Of a stretch of 64,000 nt of DNA, positions 1 to 9,503 are shown piece by piece (the stretch's first letter is position 1; every line of letters starts with the position of its first letter). Under the pieces are notes generated by a model. It did no database searches. It saw only the letters and a program-made list of their open reading frames with translations, and was not told the DNA's origin. The position numbers and the translations under genes were made by a program. Source of the DNA: an uncultured Pseudobdellovibrionaceae bacterium (GTDB lineage Bacteria > Bdellovibrionota > FAC87 > UBA2466). The DNA is taken from the NCBI GenBank assembly GCA_964604555.1, contig CAZRZK010000011.1, positions 14,732 through 78,731 on the forward strand. Reading direction: 5' to 3'.

Positions 1-1
1 A

Positions 2-259
2 ATTCGGGCTTACCTGCTCCTTTCCCGTGCCTATCGCGCAGTCAACAATCTGGAATCGGCCGAAAGCTCCATTAAGTTGGCCCTTGATCTCGATGGAAAA
101 GATCCGGAGTTGCACAAGGAATTGGGCTATGTGTACTATGCTCAACATCGGGATAAAGAGGGGGCGAAGGAATTTGAGTATTATCTCCAGGAAAATCCTA
201 ATGGCCGGGATATCGCGGAGATTAAGGCAAAGATTCGGCAGATGGTCATTGAGGATTAA
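2..259 (+). CDS. 3' end of a TPR-like repeat protein (truncated by window start)
   Basis: The open frame runs from position 2 and contains the listed 77..259 ORF. The translation (YLLLSRAYRAVNNLESAESSIKLALDLDGKDPELHKELGYVYYAQ) has a TPR-like pattern. The stop lies just before serS. Confidence 0.4.
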   Translation: MRAYLLLSRAYRAVNNLESAESSIKLALDLDGKDPELHKELGYVYYAQHRDKEGAKEFEYYLQENPNGRDIAEIKAKIRQMVIED

Positions 260-262
260 GCG

Positions 263-1519
263 ATGTTGGATTTAAGGTATTTAGTAGCAAACACCGAGGC
301 GGTGAAGGAATCACTCCATAAGAGAAACCGGCCCGATCTCTATAAAATAGTAGATGAGTTGGTAACACTCGATAAGCAGCGCCGGGATGCAATCCAGGCA
401 ACCGAAAAATTGAAGGCGGAGCGAAATCTAGCATCCACTGAAATTGCCAAGGTAAAAAAGGCGGGTGGTGATGCAGCAGCTCTTTTAGAAAGCATGAAAG
501 AGGTCGCTAAAGAGATCAAGCGACTAGATGACCTGCTCATCGAATGCGAAGAGAAGGTCAAACTCGATCTTCTAGAGATTCCTAATGTTCTCCAAGATAC
601 GGTTATTGCAGGGAAAGATTCCTCAGCGAATGTAGAGATAAAGCAATGGGGAACGAAGGCAAAACTCGATTTTATACCAAAATCGCATGATGAAATTGGC
701 GAGGATCTGGGGATTTTGAATTTTAAAAAGGCCGGCGAAGTGACCGGGGCTCGCTTTGTATTTGAAAAGGGGCTTGCCGCTAAATTGGAGCGGGCCTTGA
801 TTCAATTGATGCTCGATACCCATGGAAAGCATCAATACGAAGAGATCAACCCGCCCTTTTTAGTCAATCGAGCGTCTCTCTATGGGACGGGAACCCTTCC
901 TAAATTTGCAGAGGATGTTTTCCATATCGAAAAATTTGATTACTTTCTCATTCCTACGGCAGAAGTACCCGTCACCAACTATTTCATGGGTGAAATTTTA
1001 GATGAAAAAGATCTTCCCAAGGCTTTCTGTGCTTACACGCCTTGCTTTCGATCGGAGGCGGGAAGCTATGGCCGAGATACGAAAGGGATGAAGCGGCAAC
1101 ATCAGTTCAATAAAGTCGAATTGGTGAAATTTACCAAGCCCGAGGATTCGGCTCTAGAACATGAAAAATTGCTCATGGATGCCGAGAGAATCCTGCAGCT
1201 CTTGAATCTTCCATATCGAGTTGTGACCCTTTGTGGCGGTGATACTGGATTTAGTTCAGCAAAGACTTATGACATCGAAGTTTGGTCAGCAGCTCAACAG
1301 GGTTACATGGAGATCTCGAGCTGCAGTAACTTCGGTGATTTTCAGGCGAGAAGAGCTAATATTCGTTACCGATCGAACAAAGATGGGAAAGTTTACTTCG
1401 TTCACACATTGAATGGCTCAGCGCTTGCCGTGGGACGGACTTTGATTGCTATCTTAGAAAATTTCCAAACAAAAGACGGTCAGATCGAAGTTCCAGAAGT
1501 CCTTAAAAAGTATCTTTAA
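263..1519 (+). CDS. serS: seryl-tRNA synthetase
   Basis: 418 aa with an N-terminal coiled-coil arm and a class II aaRS core (motifs around [37 protein letters not shown]). This is the typical SerRS length and architecture. Confidence 0.9.
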   Translation: MLDLRYLVANTEAVKESLHKRNRPDLYKIVDELVTLDKQRRDAIQATEKLKAERNLASTEIAKVKKAGGDAAALLESMKEVAKEIKRLDDLLIECEEKVKLDLLEIPNVLQDTVIAGKDSSANVEIKQWGTKAKLDFIPKSHDEIGEDLGILNFKKAGEVTGARFVFEKGLAAKLERALIQLMLDTHGKHQYEEINPPFLVNRASLYGTGTLPKFAEDVFHIEKFDYFLIPTAEVPVTNYFMGEILDEKDLPKAFCAYTPCFRSEAGSYGRDTKGMKRQHQFNKVELVKFTKPEDSALEHEKLLMDAERILQLLNLPYRVVTLCGGDTGFSSAKTYDIEVWSAAQQGYMEISSCSNFGDFQARRANIRYRSNKDGKVYFVHTLNGSALAVGRTLIAILENFQTKDGQIEVPEVLKKYL

Positions 1520-1545
1520 TACGCCGCTTTCGGGGAAACATTAAA

Positions 1546-1572
1546 GTGAGCCCCTTCGGGGCTGTTTTTTTG
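1546..1572. terminator. Rho-independent terminator between convergent serS and the downstream minus-strand gene
   Basis: GC hairpin gagccccttcggggctg is followed by a run of 7-8 T. It lies between convergent gene ends and could work in both directions. Confidence 0.6.
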
Positions 1573-1592
1573 CATTTCCCGACAGGAACTAA

Positions 1593-2840
1593 TTAATAAA
1601 CATATTGATAAGTATCGCAATAGGCGGTGGAGCCTGCCGCATCTTCCACTCTTACCTGCAGCTGATAAATTCCCGAGTAGGGGAAGTAGAGACTCGCCGT
1701 TAAGTCTCCGGTGTAATATCCGCTAATTCCGGTGTAACTGGAGAAGTAAATATCGGTAATGCGCACGGGAGAGACCCCATAACCAGAAGGAATGGTCGCG
1801 GTTAAATTCACATAAGACCCAGCATAAGAAGAGCTCGGGCTCGTCGAAAGGGTGCAATAAATGTAGGAGGGCTGCAATGTGAAGTAGAAGGATCCGGAGA
1901 AACTTCCATTTCCGTTACAGGGGACTCCACCTGCGTAAGCCACGGCCGTTACTGACTTATAGCCGCTCGTAGAATAGGTAACGGTTAAGGGGTTCGATAA
2001 GATCGAATAGGTTCCGCCGTTTCCTGCTGAAAATGAGCTGAAGGTGACCGCTTGTCCAGTGCTAGAGGTTGCAGTAAAGACGACAGTATTTCCAGAGGTG
2101 ACATAATTTAAAGTGCACGAAGGATAGGTGGTGCTTGAACCTTGAACTGTGACCGAAGTGCTGCAACTTCTTTGCTCTCCTCGACTATCGACCACTGAAG
2201 CTAAGATCGATTGAGTCCCAGCATTAGGGAACCGCACCGTTGCAGTTGCCTGCGTCGAAGAAAGAGTGCTCAGCGGACTTGTGACGATGGCAGAGCCACT
2301 AATGTTAAGTGAAGTGAAAGTAAAAGGGCCGCTTCCCCAGCCGGAGCTGGTGGAGAGGGTTAAAACGGTGTCTTGATTTACCGAAGGAAAACTTTGGCTT
2401 AATGAAATCGTGCAGCTATTGCCAGTAGAAGGAGGTGTAGTTCCTCCCGAAGTAGAAAAGGTGCAACTAGTGCTCGCTTGAGTGGAGTTATCCACAATCG
2501 AAACGGAACCGGAGCTGCTAGAAGAAACAGAAGAGCTATAGGTAGCCGTTACGCTCGTAGAACTTGAAAAGGTGGTGGTGCCACTGATGTTCGTGGCATT
2601 TTGGCTCGATAAAGTGATCGAGGTGATGCGGTATGAACCGGATCCTCCAGAGGCGCTAATCGAAAGCGGAATTTGATTGGAACTTGGGGTTGAGGCAAGG
2701 CTGGCAGTGCAAGATAGCGACGTTCCACCGGCCGGGGGATTTGGCGTCCCGCCCCCATCATCATTGGGCTCAGTGCTACTGGAACAGCCAATGGCTAAGA
2801 AAAGCACCAAGATAGAAAAGAATTGAAACGCAACTTTCAT
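1593..2840 (-). CDS. Ser/Thr-rich repetitive lipoprotein, adhesin-like surface protein
   Basis: Lipoprotein-type signal (MKVAFQFFSILVLFLAIGCSS). About 45% of residues are S/T, in repeated beta-sandwich-like modules with paired Cys. There is no enzymatic motif. Confidence 0.5.
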   Translation of the reverse strand: MKVAFQFFSILVLFLAIGCSSSTEPNDDGGGTPNPPAGGTSLSCTASLASTPSSNQIPLSISASGGSGSYRITSITLSSQNATNISGTTTFSSSTSVTATYSSSVSSSSSGSVSIVDNSTQASTSCTFSTSGGTTPPSTGNSCTISLSQSFPSVNQDTVLTLSTSSGWGSGPFTFTSLNISGSAIVTSPLSTLSSTQATATVRFPNAGTQSILASVVDSRGEQRSCSTSVTVQGSSTTYPSCTLNYVTSGNTVVFTATSSTGQAVTFSSFSAGNGGTYSILSNPLTVTYSTSGYKSVTAVAYAGGVPCNGNGSFSGSFYFTLQPSYIYCTLSTSPSSSYAGSYVNLTATIPSGYGVSPVRITDIYFSSYTGISGYYTGDLTASLYFPYSGIYQLQVRVEDAAGSTAYCDTYQYVY

Positions 2841-2979
2841 ACACGATCCCCTTTACTCAGAGGTCTTTAAAAGCAAGGGGGGTGCCATCGAAATTGAGCC
2901 TGAAATGAAGTTCGATTTTGTAGATCGAATTGACGGATTCCAAAAGAATTCGGTGTATACGGCAGAGAATAGGGCTGTT

Positions 2980-4149
2980 CTATTCCTTAACAGATCCTAG
3001 GGTTCTGCCCTTTAATTCTTTCTGTCCGAGGGCGCAGGCGGTTTTAAGACCAGCAGGTTGAGTCGCGAGCTGACATTTCTCAAGCGTCTCTAAAATAGTC
3101 CCCGTTTCTGGATTCACCTGTTTAGAAATAATCAGGGCTGAGGCGATTCGTACCGGTTCTTCAAGAGCGGCATCCAAAATCCACTTTTGAATCGCTTGAG
3201 TGAGCGCTGGGGTTTTATCTCCACAAACCCCCAAGGCAAGAACCGCTTTTTCCTGAATATCGGTGTCTTCCTTGTCTTCAATGATCGAAAGGAGTCGTTT
3301 GGTAATGGTAGCGCTGGGTCGTTCACTTTGAATCTGGATCAGATCCAAGGTCGTTAACAGGACGTCGGTATCATCACTCTGGATCGTCTTTTCAATCGCA
3401 TTCCAAACACGGGGATCATTTTTAGCCTGGCTTTGCAAGCCGGAAAGGCACAGGAGTGAAAGAGGGGTGTCTTTGCTATCGGAGCATTCAATAAAAAGAG
3501 AAATCAGTTCGGGCTGTCCATTTCCTTTTGCGCTTAAGGCCTCGATGATTCCTTGTTTCAACCGGTCTTTTCCGATGCGTTTATAGGTGGCTAAGAGGGT
3601 CTCTACAAAGTTTTGCGAGCCATCCCCATGTTTTTGAAAATAGGAGGCGAGTGCAGTCGCTTCATCGGCAGAGGAGGTTTCTTTGAGTTTGTTGAGCAGA
3701 GTCTGGTGAATCTCAATTGAACTGCTTCTCCGGGTCTCGAAAGATTTGGCTAGAGGGATCGTCAAGCCGTTGTCACTCCGAAAGGCTTCTAGCATCGCCT
3801 TCTCGATCCAATCGCTTTGGCTCTGGGTGCCGGCCTGTCCCATCGCACGTGCGCAAAGGGTTCGGATCTGGATATTCGAATCTTTAAGGCAGTTCATAAG
3901 GGCTTGGATAACCGCCGGCTGATGAATGGTTTGGGAATATTGGCTCAACTTATAGGCAGCGAGCTTTTTTTCATTTTCGTCGGAACTCTGAGCGAGAGTC
4001 TTGCCCCATAAAACCAGAGGGTGGGTAGGAGGTGGGCCGGTGTAACGTCGTCGTTTTGCTTTTGATTTAGAATGGGCCGATGGCTCCAGCATCAAAAAAG
4101 CCAGAGCCATCAGCAATCCGTAACTGAGATTTGTTTTAATCCAATGCAC
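2980..4149 (-). CDS. secreted HEAT/armadillo-like repeat protein
   Basis: N-terminal signal peptide. Repeated alpha-helical units resemble HEAT repeats (LMNCLKDSNIQIRTLCARAMGQ, EKAVLALGVCGD...). The gene overlaps the upstream subtilase gene by 14 bp, consistent with an operon. Confidence 0.45.
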   Translation of the reverse strand: MHWIKTNLSYGLLMALAFLMLEPSAHSKSKAKRRRYTGPPPTHPLVLWGKTLAQSSDENEKKLAAYKLSQYSQTIHQPAVIQALMNCLKDSNIQIRTLCARAMGQAGTQSQSDWIEKAMLEAFRSDNGLTIPLAKSFETRRSSSIEIHQTLLNKLKETSSADEATALASYFQKHGDGSQNFVETLLATYKRIGKDRLKQGIIEALSAKGNGQPELISLFIECSDSKDTPLSLLCLSGLQSQAKNDPRVWNAIEKTIQSDDTDVLLTTLDLIQIQSERPSATITKRLLSIIEDKEDTDIQEKAVLALGVCGDKTPALTQAIQKWILDAALEEPVRIASALIISKQVNPETGTILETLEKCQLATQPAGLKTACALGQKELKGRTLGSVKE

Positions 4150-5560
4150 GGAGATCTTTTACATTCAAACGCCCCCCGGTGACTACCTTATTTGTGAGTG
4201 CAGAGGTGGTTTTTACATTTTTCAGTACCAGTTCGATGATCTCTTTATAGTTCATGTCACGGTGTTTCGACCAAGCGAGGCCTAACGCACCAGAGACATG
4301 AGGCGCCGCCATCGAGGTGCCATCCCAAGTGGCTTTTAACATATCTCCCATATCAACAATCGTATCTTGGTAACGATTTCCCGGAACGGTGGAGAGCACT
4401 TTCACTCCAGGGGCTCCCAATTTTACCGAGGTCATTCCCCAGTTGGAGAACTCCCCCATGTTTTCCGAGCTGTCGGTGGCAGCAACCGTTAGGATGTTGG
4501 AAAGTTGAATGGCAGCAGGGTAGACCGGTTTGGGATCATTATCGATATCAAACCCAACCGCCTTTCCAGCTGCTTGATTGAGTCGACCATTTCCTGCCGC
4601 TGCAACAAAGATTACGCCCGCTTTTTCGGCCCGTTCTATGGCTTCAATCAGTGGCTTATCATCCTCTTCCCCTTTTTCTCCACCCCAGCTGGCATTGATA
4701 ATATGGGCGCCATTTTCAACGGCATAATCGATCGCCGCAATAGCATCTTCAGTAGTTCCCTGGCCTTTTTCGGTAATAAACCGAAGTGCCATGATTTTAC
4801 ACTTTGGAGCCATGCCGGCGATTCCCTTTCCATTATTCAATCGAGCGCCAATTACCCCGGAGACGTGAGTTCCATGCCCAGGATTTCCACCCGAAAAGAG
4901 GATCTCAAGGAGGCTTAAACTCATGTCGTAGGGCTTGTTGTCATCTCCAGCAAAGTCATAACCTACGATATCATCGACAAACCCATTGCCATCGTTGTCT
5001 TTTCCATCCCCTGCGACCTCCTTAGTGTTGCGCCACATGGCGTTGATGAGATCCTCGTGGGTATAATCGACACCGGAGTCGGTGACGGCAATGATGATGC
5101 CTTCTCCTTGAGAAGTTTTTTGCCAAGCTTGAGGAGCGGCAACAAGATTGACGCCCCATTCCTTAGAAAGCATCGGATCCACTCCTGAGGATTGAATGCC
5201 TGGATTGGGAATTTCTGGATTATCTTTAAATTCCTTAGTTGCTGGCAAAGCATTGGGATTTTGTTTGAGGAAATCGATCAAAGATCTCCGGTGGATTTCC
5301 ACCCCGCTCAACATGGGATGATAGATATGGCTTTTGCTGACATAAGCAATATTGGCGTCGCGTAAGGGGGCCTTCCGAGTTTCAGAAGTCCATTTAAAGA
5401 GGTGGCTCGCTCTGCTGACCTTCTTTAATTCGCCGCCATTTTGTCTTAAGAATCTTTGAATCCCAACTTCTGAATCGTCATTGAGTTTTACCAAAACAGA
5501 ATTAGCCGTGACGTTACCACTCACAAAGGCAAATCCCAAAAGGAATAAAGCGCTTCTCAT
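4136..5560 (-). CDS. secreted subtilisin-like serine protease (peptidase S8)
   Basis: Signal peptide. Catalytic triad motifs occur in D-H-S order: AVTDSGVDYTHEDL, HGTHVSGVIG, GTSMAAPHVSGALGLA. Confidence 0.8.
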   Translation of the reverse strand: MRSALFLLGFAFVSGNVTANSVLVKLNDDSEVGIQRFLRQNGGELKKVSRASHLFKWTSETRKAPLRDANIAYVSKSHIYHPMLSGVEIHRRSLIDFLKQNPNALPATKEFKDNPEIPNPGIQSSGVDPMLSKEWGVNLVAAPQAWQKTSQGEGIIIAVTDSGVDYTHEDLINAMWRNTKEVAGDGKDNDGNGFVDDIVGYDFAGDDNKPYDMSLSLLEILFSGGNPGHGTHVSGVIGARLNNGKGIAGMAPKCKIMALRFITEKGQGTTEDAIAAIDYAVENGAHIINASWGGEKGEEDDKPLIEAIERAEKAGVIFVAAAGNGRLNQAAGKAVGFDIDNDPKPVYPAAIQLSNILTVAATDSSENMGEFSNWGMTSVKLGAPGVKVLSTVPGNRYQDTIVDMGDMLKATWDGTSMAAPHVSGALGLAWSKHRDMNYKEIIELVLKNVKTTSALTNKVVTGGRLNVKDLRALD

Positions 5561-5712
5561 AAAGTTCCCCCTTAACTGTTTTTTTAATGGATGCTATTTT
5601 ATCTGCGTGGGACCAACGTCCGTAGAATCATTGATAAGGCTAGTACAACTCCCAATTTCGTCAAGAAGAAAAGTGCATAGCGGAATGCGGACTGTTATCA
5701 TAATGTTTCGCT

Positions 5713-6546
5713 ATGACTAAATCGGTCCTCATCTTTGCAAAACATCGTAACGCTCCTTCCCAACAAACCAAATCGGAATTGAGCGCATGGTTGAAAAAAA
5801 AGAAGTATGCGATTGTCGATGTCAGTGACACGAAAGAAAAAATTTCGGCAGAAAAAGTAAAATCGGTGGTGCTGGGAGTCGTGATCGGAGGCGATGGAAC
5901 CTTTCTCACTTTAGTCCGACGGCTTGAGAAAAAGGAACACTTCCCCATTTTGGGAATCAACTTAGGAACTTTGGGATTTATCACCGATGTAAATCGAGAG
6001 CAGATGTTGGAAGCGGTGGATCTGGCTTTGAAAGGAAAATACATTGAGCAACGGCGCCCTCTTCTAAAGGTTGATGTCGTGAGAAAAAATAAAGTGGTGG
6101 AGTCGGGACTTGTTTTTAACGACGCAGTCATCACAAAAGATGCGACTACCTTGATGTTAAAATTTGAAGTCTTTTTGGGACAGGAGCTATTAAGCAATCA
6201 AAGAGCGGATGGCTACATTTGTGCTACTCCCACCGGCTCTACCGCCTATGCTCTTTCAGCTGGTGGTCCCATCCTTCACCCAGAAGTGGCGGGTATTGTT
6301 TTAGCACCTATTTGTTCCCACTCTCTATCAGCGCGTCCAACCGTAGTTCCACAGAACTCCGCGATTCGGATAGCAATTAAAGATCTTCATGGGGCGGTTT
6401 ACTTGGTTTATGACGGTCAAATCAGTTTCGAGATAGAGCCCTTTGATCAGATCCAAATCCAAACCTCGACCAATAGCTTGCGTTTAGTGCGCTCGCCCCA
6501 GCATTTGTGGAGTGAAACGGTACGCACCAAGTTAAAGATGGGATGA
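5713..6546 (+). CDS. nadK: NAD+ kinase
   Basis: Carries the GGDGT motif (VVLGVVIGGDGTFL), the NE/D short motif and the conserved C-terminal domain. Length is 277 aa. Confidence 0.85.
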   Translation: MTKSVLIFAKHRNAPSQQTKSELSAWLKKKKYAIVDVSDTKEKISAEKVKSVVLGVVIGGDGTFLTLVRRLEKKEHFPILGINLGTLGFITDVNREQMLEAVDLALKGKYIEQRRPLLKVDVVRKNKVVESGLVFNDAVITKDATTLMLKFEVFLGQELLSNQRADGYICATPTGSTAYALSAGGPILHPEVAGIVLAPICSHSLSARPTVVPQNSAIRIAIKDLHGAVYLVYDGQISFEIEPFDQIQIQTSTNSLRLVRSPQHLWSETVRTKLKMG

Positions 6547-7754
6547 GAGTGACCCCTTTTTTGCAACCTGAAGCCATCGCCGAGTTCTTTAAACAACATT
6601 CGCGGTTTATTGTGGTCGATGACTGTGAAGTTGCCATCCAGCAGGTCCATGAAGAGCGTAAATTCTATTGCAATGGAATCGAACAGGAAAGCCATCAGAG
6701 ACAATCACAGTGGTTGGGAGTGAGGTTATTACATCGTAAGTGTTTGGGGGCCGCCTATGGAGAGATAACCGATCTCGATTCAATCGACCGTTGGATGGAG
6801 TCGGCCTTCTTTGCAGCAAGGACTTCCGTTCCAGATCCTTGGTTTCGGTTTCCGATTTGGAAAAAAAATGAAGCGAATCTACCGTTTTCACCCATTGAAA
6901 TGGCGCCCATTTATTCCCAGCTGAATCCGCCTTCACAAGTAGAATTTGGAGAAGAGCTCTTAACCCGGGAAATAGAGACCACTCTTTTTCGAAAAACTGA
7001 AAATTTTCCTTTGCAGCAGAAGCAATTCCAGCAAAGCCATCGGCTTGAGCTTTTTTTTAAATGTGAAGAACAAGGGACGATTACTGTTCAGGAGTGGTTT
7101 CATGGAAAGCCATCCCTTCAGGAGGCTGCGAAGCTACTCATGCGGATTGGAGAACAGGGCGAAGCGAGGGCTTTTAAAGATGAAAATCCTAAACAACTGC
7201 TGCTGAGTCCGGCGGTAGCGGTAGAGACTCTTAAAAAATGGGTTCCTTATTTTATTCCGGGGAATAAAAGAAGGATTCCAGCAAGCCCAGCTTTTTCACT
7301 CGTTGATAATCCTTCTTTAACGGAAGGGTGGAATCGACGCCTCTTTGATCTCGAGGGGGGCAGTGGAGGAGAAAATATTCTACTGCAAGAGGGTAAATGG
7401 GTGTCCAAACTCCATTCTGCCACCACTGCGGCCCAGGAAAATCGCCTGACTACAGGCAATTGGACACGAAATCCTTATGATGAAGAGCCCAAAATTGGGC
7501 CGAGCCACTTTTTTATTCAACAAGGGTCTCTGTCATTGAATGAGTTGATGGGAAGGATAGAAAAGGGAATCTATCTGGGAAGTAGAAATCAAGGCTGGTG
7601 GATTGAGCAGGGAAAACCGCTTTATCCCCTCAAGCAAATTCCAATTTTGCTCACCGCAGAGGAGCTTATGAATAGTGTTGCTGCGGTGGGCAATGATATT
7701 AGATTTTATGAGGAATTCGGTTCACCATCGATTTTAGTCGAGAATCTACCGTAA
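6543..7754 (+). CDS. TldD/PmbA-family protein (putative metallopeptidase / microcin-processing factor)
   Basis: The C-terminal region matches the TldD/PmbA pattern (GIYLGS...AVGNDIRF...GSPSILVENL). There is a 4-bp overlap with nadK. Confidence 0.5.
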   Translation: MRVTPFLQPEAIAEFFKQHSRFIVVDDCEVAIQQVHEERKFYCNGIEQESHQRQSQWLGVRLLHRKCLGAAYGEITDLDSIDRWMESAFFAARTSVPDPWFRFPIWKKNEANLPFSPIEMAPIYSQLNPPSQVEFGEELLTREIETTLFRKTENFPLQQKQFQQSHRLELFFKCEEQGTITVQEWFHGKPSLQEAAKLLMRIGEQGEARAFKDENPKQLLLSPAVAVETLKKWVPYFIPGNKRRIPASPAFSLVDNPSLTEGWNRRLFDLEGGSGGENILLQEGKWVSKLHSATTAAQENRLTTGNWTRNPYDEEPKIGPSHFFIQQGSLSLNELMGRIEKGIYLGSRNQGWWIEQGKPLYPLKQIPILLTAEELMNSVAAVGNDIRFYEEFGSPSILVENLP

Positions 7755-7776
7755 AGAGGATGAAGAGGTATTTACT

Positions 7777-8517
7777 ATGGCATTCCACATCAAAGGTTAT
7801 GGCGTAACTGATATAGGACTCAAACGGAAGATCAACCAGGACGCCTTTCTATTGGACGACACGCTCCAGCTTTATGTGGTAGCAGATGGAATGGGAGGGC
7901 ACCGAGGGGGAGAGGTAGCCAGCCAAATGGCAGTGGAAACTCTTCAAAAGTTTTGCCAGGAAAGCAGCTCCCTTTCACCGCAAAACCTCCTTCAACAGGG
8001 GATTAATCTCGCTTGTCAGAAGATCCACGCCGAATCCCAAACCAATGAAGAGCTCAATGGCATGGGCACCACCGTCATCGCCATGCTCTTTGCAAAGGAC
8101 ACCGTCTATATCGGACAGGTGGGAGACAGCCGTGCTTACCTTTTACAAAAAGGGGGCGTGTGGCAGCTGACCGAGGATCATTCTCTCCTTAACGAAGAGA
8201 TTCGGGCGGGAAGACTTTCCGCGGATGAAGCGGAAAATTATAAATTTAAAAATGTGATCACCCGGTCGGTCGGATATGAAGGAAGAGTGACGGTGGATGT
8301 TTACCGTCGGCGCCTCAAAGCTGGGGATCGATTCCTGGCCTGTACCGATGGGCTTTCTGGGTTGGTCACCTCCGATGAAATTCAGAAAATGATCGAAAAA
8401 CATGGTTTAGAAGAAGGACAAAAAAAGCTCATCCAACTCGCCAATGATCGCGGTGGAGATGATAATATTACCCTCGTGACGGTAGAAGTAAAACTTGACC
8501 CTGAGAAGGCAGAGTGA
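7777..8517 (+). CDS. PP2C-family Ser/Thr protein phosphatase
   Basis: PP2C motifs are present: VADGMGGHRGGEVAS, GTTV, DSR, CTDGL, GGDDNITLVTVEV. Confidence 0.8.
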   Translation: MAFHIKGYGVTDIGLKRKINQDAFLLDDTLQLYVVADGMGGHRGGEVASQMAVETLQKFCQESSSLSPQNLLQQGINLACQKIHAESQTNEELNGMGTTVIAMLFAKDTVYIGQVGDSRAYLLQKGGVWQLTEDHSLLNEEIRAGRLSADEAENYKFKNVITRSVGYEGRVTVDVYRRRLKAGDRFLACTDGLSGLVTSDEIQKMIEKHGLEEGQKKLIQLANDRGGDDNITLVTVEVKLDPEKAE

Positions 8518-9503
8518 ATAGTACAGGGATGCCCTTTAAACGGAAATCGAGAGTCCCCAGCAACCACAGCATTACGCTGATGGCGATTCCTGAAAAAAGC
8601 CATCGCGTTCATAAAGTAATCATTCCAGTTCTGTGGCTCAAGGTAGGGGCGGTACTCTTTTCTCTTTTTGCTGTCTTTATTGTGATTGTCGGATTGGAAT
8701 ATGTAACCGCACTCGGGGAAATTTCCGAAAATCAGCGTTTAAAAGGGGAAAACTTCAAACTGCGGCAGGAGATGTTGCAGGTGAAGAACAAGGTGCAGAC
8801 GATGGAAGGCACTCTGGATCGGATGCGAAATTACGCCAAGAAGCTCCAGATTTTGATGGGCCAGACCGAAAAACTCCCCGGGGAACTTCCCCAAGGTCCG
8901 ATGGAGGAGAGCACGCCTTCATTAGATGTTCCAGCAGTGAAAGAAAAGAAAGTGGAGCGAAAACCCACCTCCTTATTAGAACCTATTCCGCAATTGAGAT
9001 TGGTTTCCGATCAATTGGGGAGACTACAGGAAAGCAGCCTTCCCCTTGAAGTCGGATTCGCCAAATTGGAGAATAATTTCTTAGCCAGAAGAAGTTGGTT
9101 AAGGGCAATGCCTTCGATTCTTCCTGTTGCCGGCTGGATTACTTCGGGCTTTGGATATCGAAACCACCCCCAGGAAGGTGGATATCGCCTTCACGCGGGA
9201 GTCGATGTCGCGGCCGATCCGGGCACACCGGTTCGAGCTCCTGCCGATGGCACCGTGCTCTTCTCTGGATACAAAGAAGGTTATGGAAAGTTAGTAATTT
9301 TGAATCATGGCTATGGCATCAGCACCGTCTTTGCGCACAACTCGAAACTTTTTGTGACCGCCTCAACCAAAGTAAAACGCGGAGATATTTTATCCGAAGT
9401 TGGCTCGACCGGAATGTCGACCGGCCCGCACCTGCACTACGAAATTCGAAAAAACGGAGTTCCCGTCAATCCACTTTCTTTTTTCGCCCGCGCCCACTTC
9501 TAG
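8514..9503 (+). CDS. membrane-anchored coiled-coil M23/LytM-family peptidase
   Basis: An N-terminal TM segment and a coiled coil precede the M23 motifs HAGVDVAADPGTPVRAPADGTV...GSTGMSTGPHLHYEI. There is a 4-bp overlap with the upstream PP2C gene. The real start may be an internal Met near 8583. Confidence 0.8.
   Translation: MNSTGMPFKRKSRVPSNHSITLMAIPEKSHRVHKVIIPVLWLKVGAVLFSLFAVFIVIVGLEYVTALGEISENQRLKGENFKLRQEMLQVKNKVQTMEGTLDRMRNYAKKLQILMGQTEKLPGELPQGPMEESTPSLDVPAVKEKKVERKPTSLLEPIPQLRLVSDQLGRLQESSLPLEVGFAKLENNFLARRSWLRAMPSILPVAGWITSGFGYRNHPQEGGYRLHAGVDVAADPGTPVRAPADGTVLFSGYKEGYGKLVILNHGYGISTVFAHNSKLFVTASTKVKRGDILSEVGSTGMSTGPHLHYEIRKNGVPVNPLSFFARAHF

Noticed and set aside
2549-5253. Internal or antisense ORFs (2549..2791, 3132..3326, 3817..4011, 4505..4918, 4648..4833, 4804..5025, 4963..5253)
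   Set aside because: All are embedded in or antisense to well-supported genes (S/T-rich lipoprotein, HEAT protein, subtilase). They lack motifs and RBS context.
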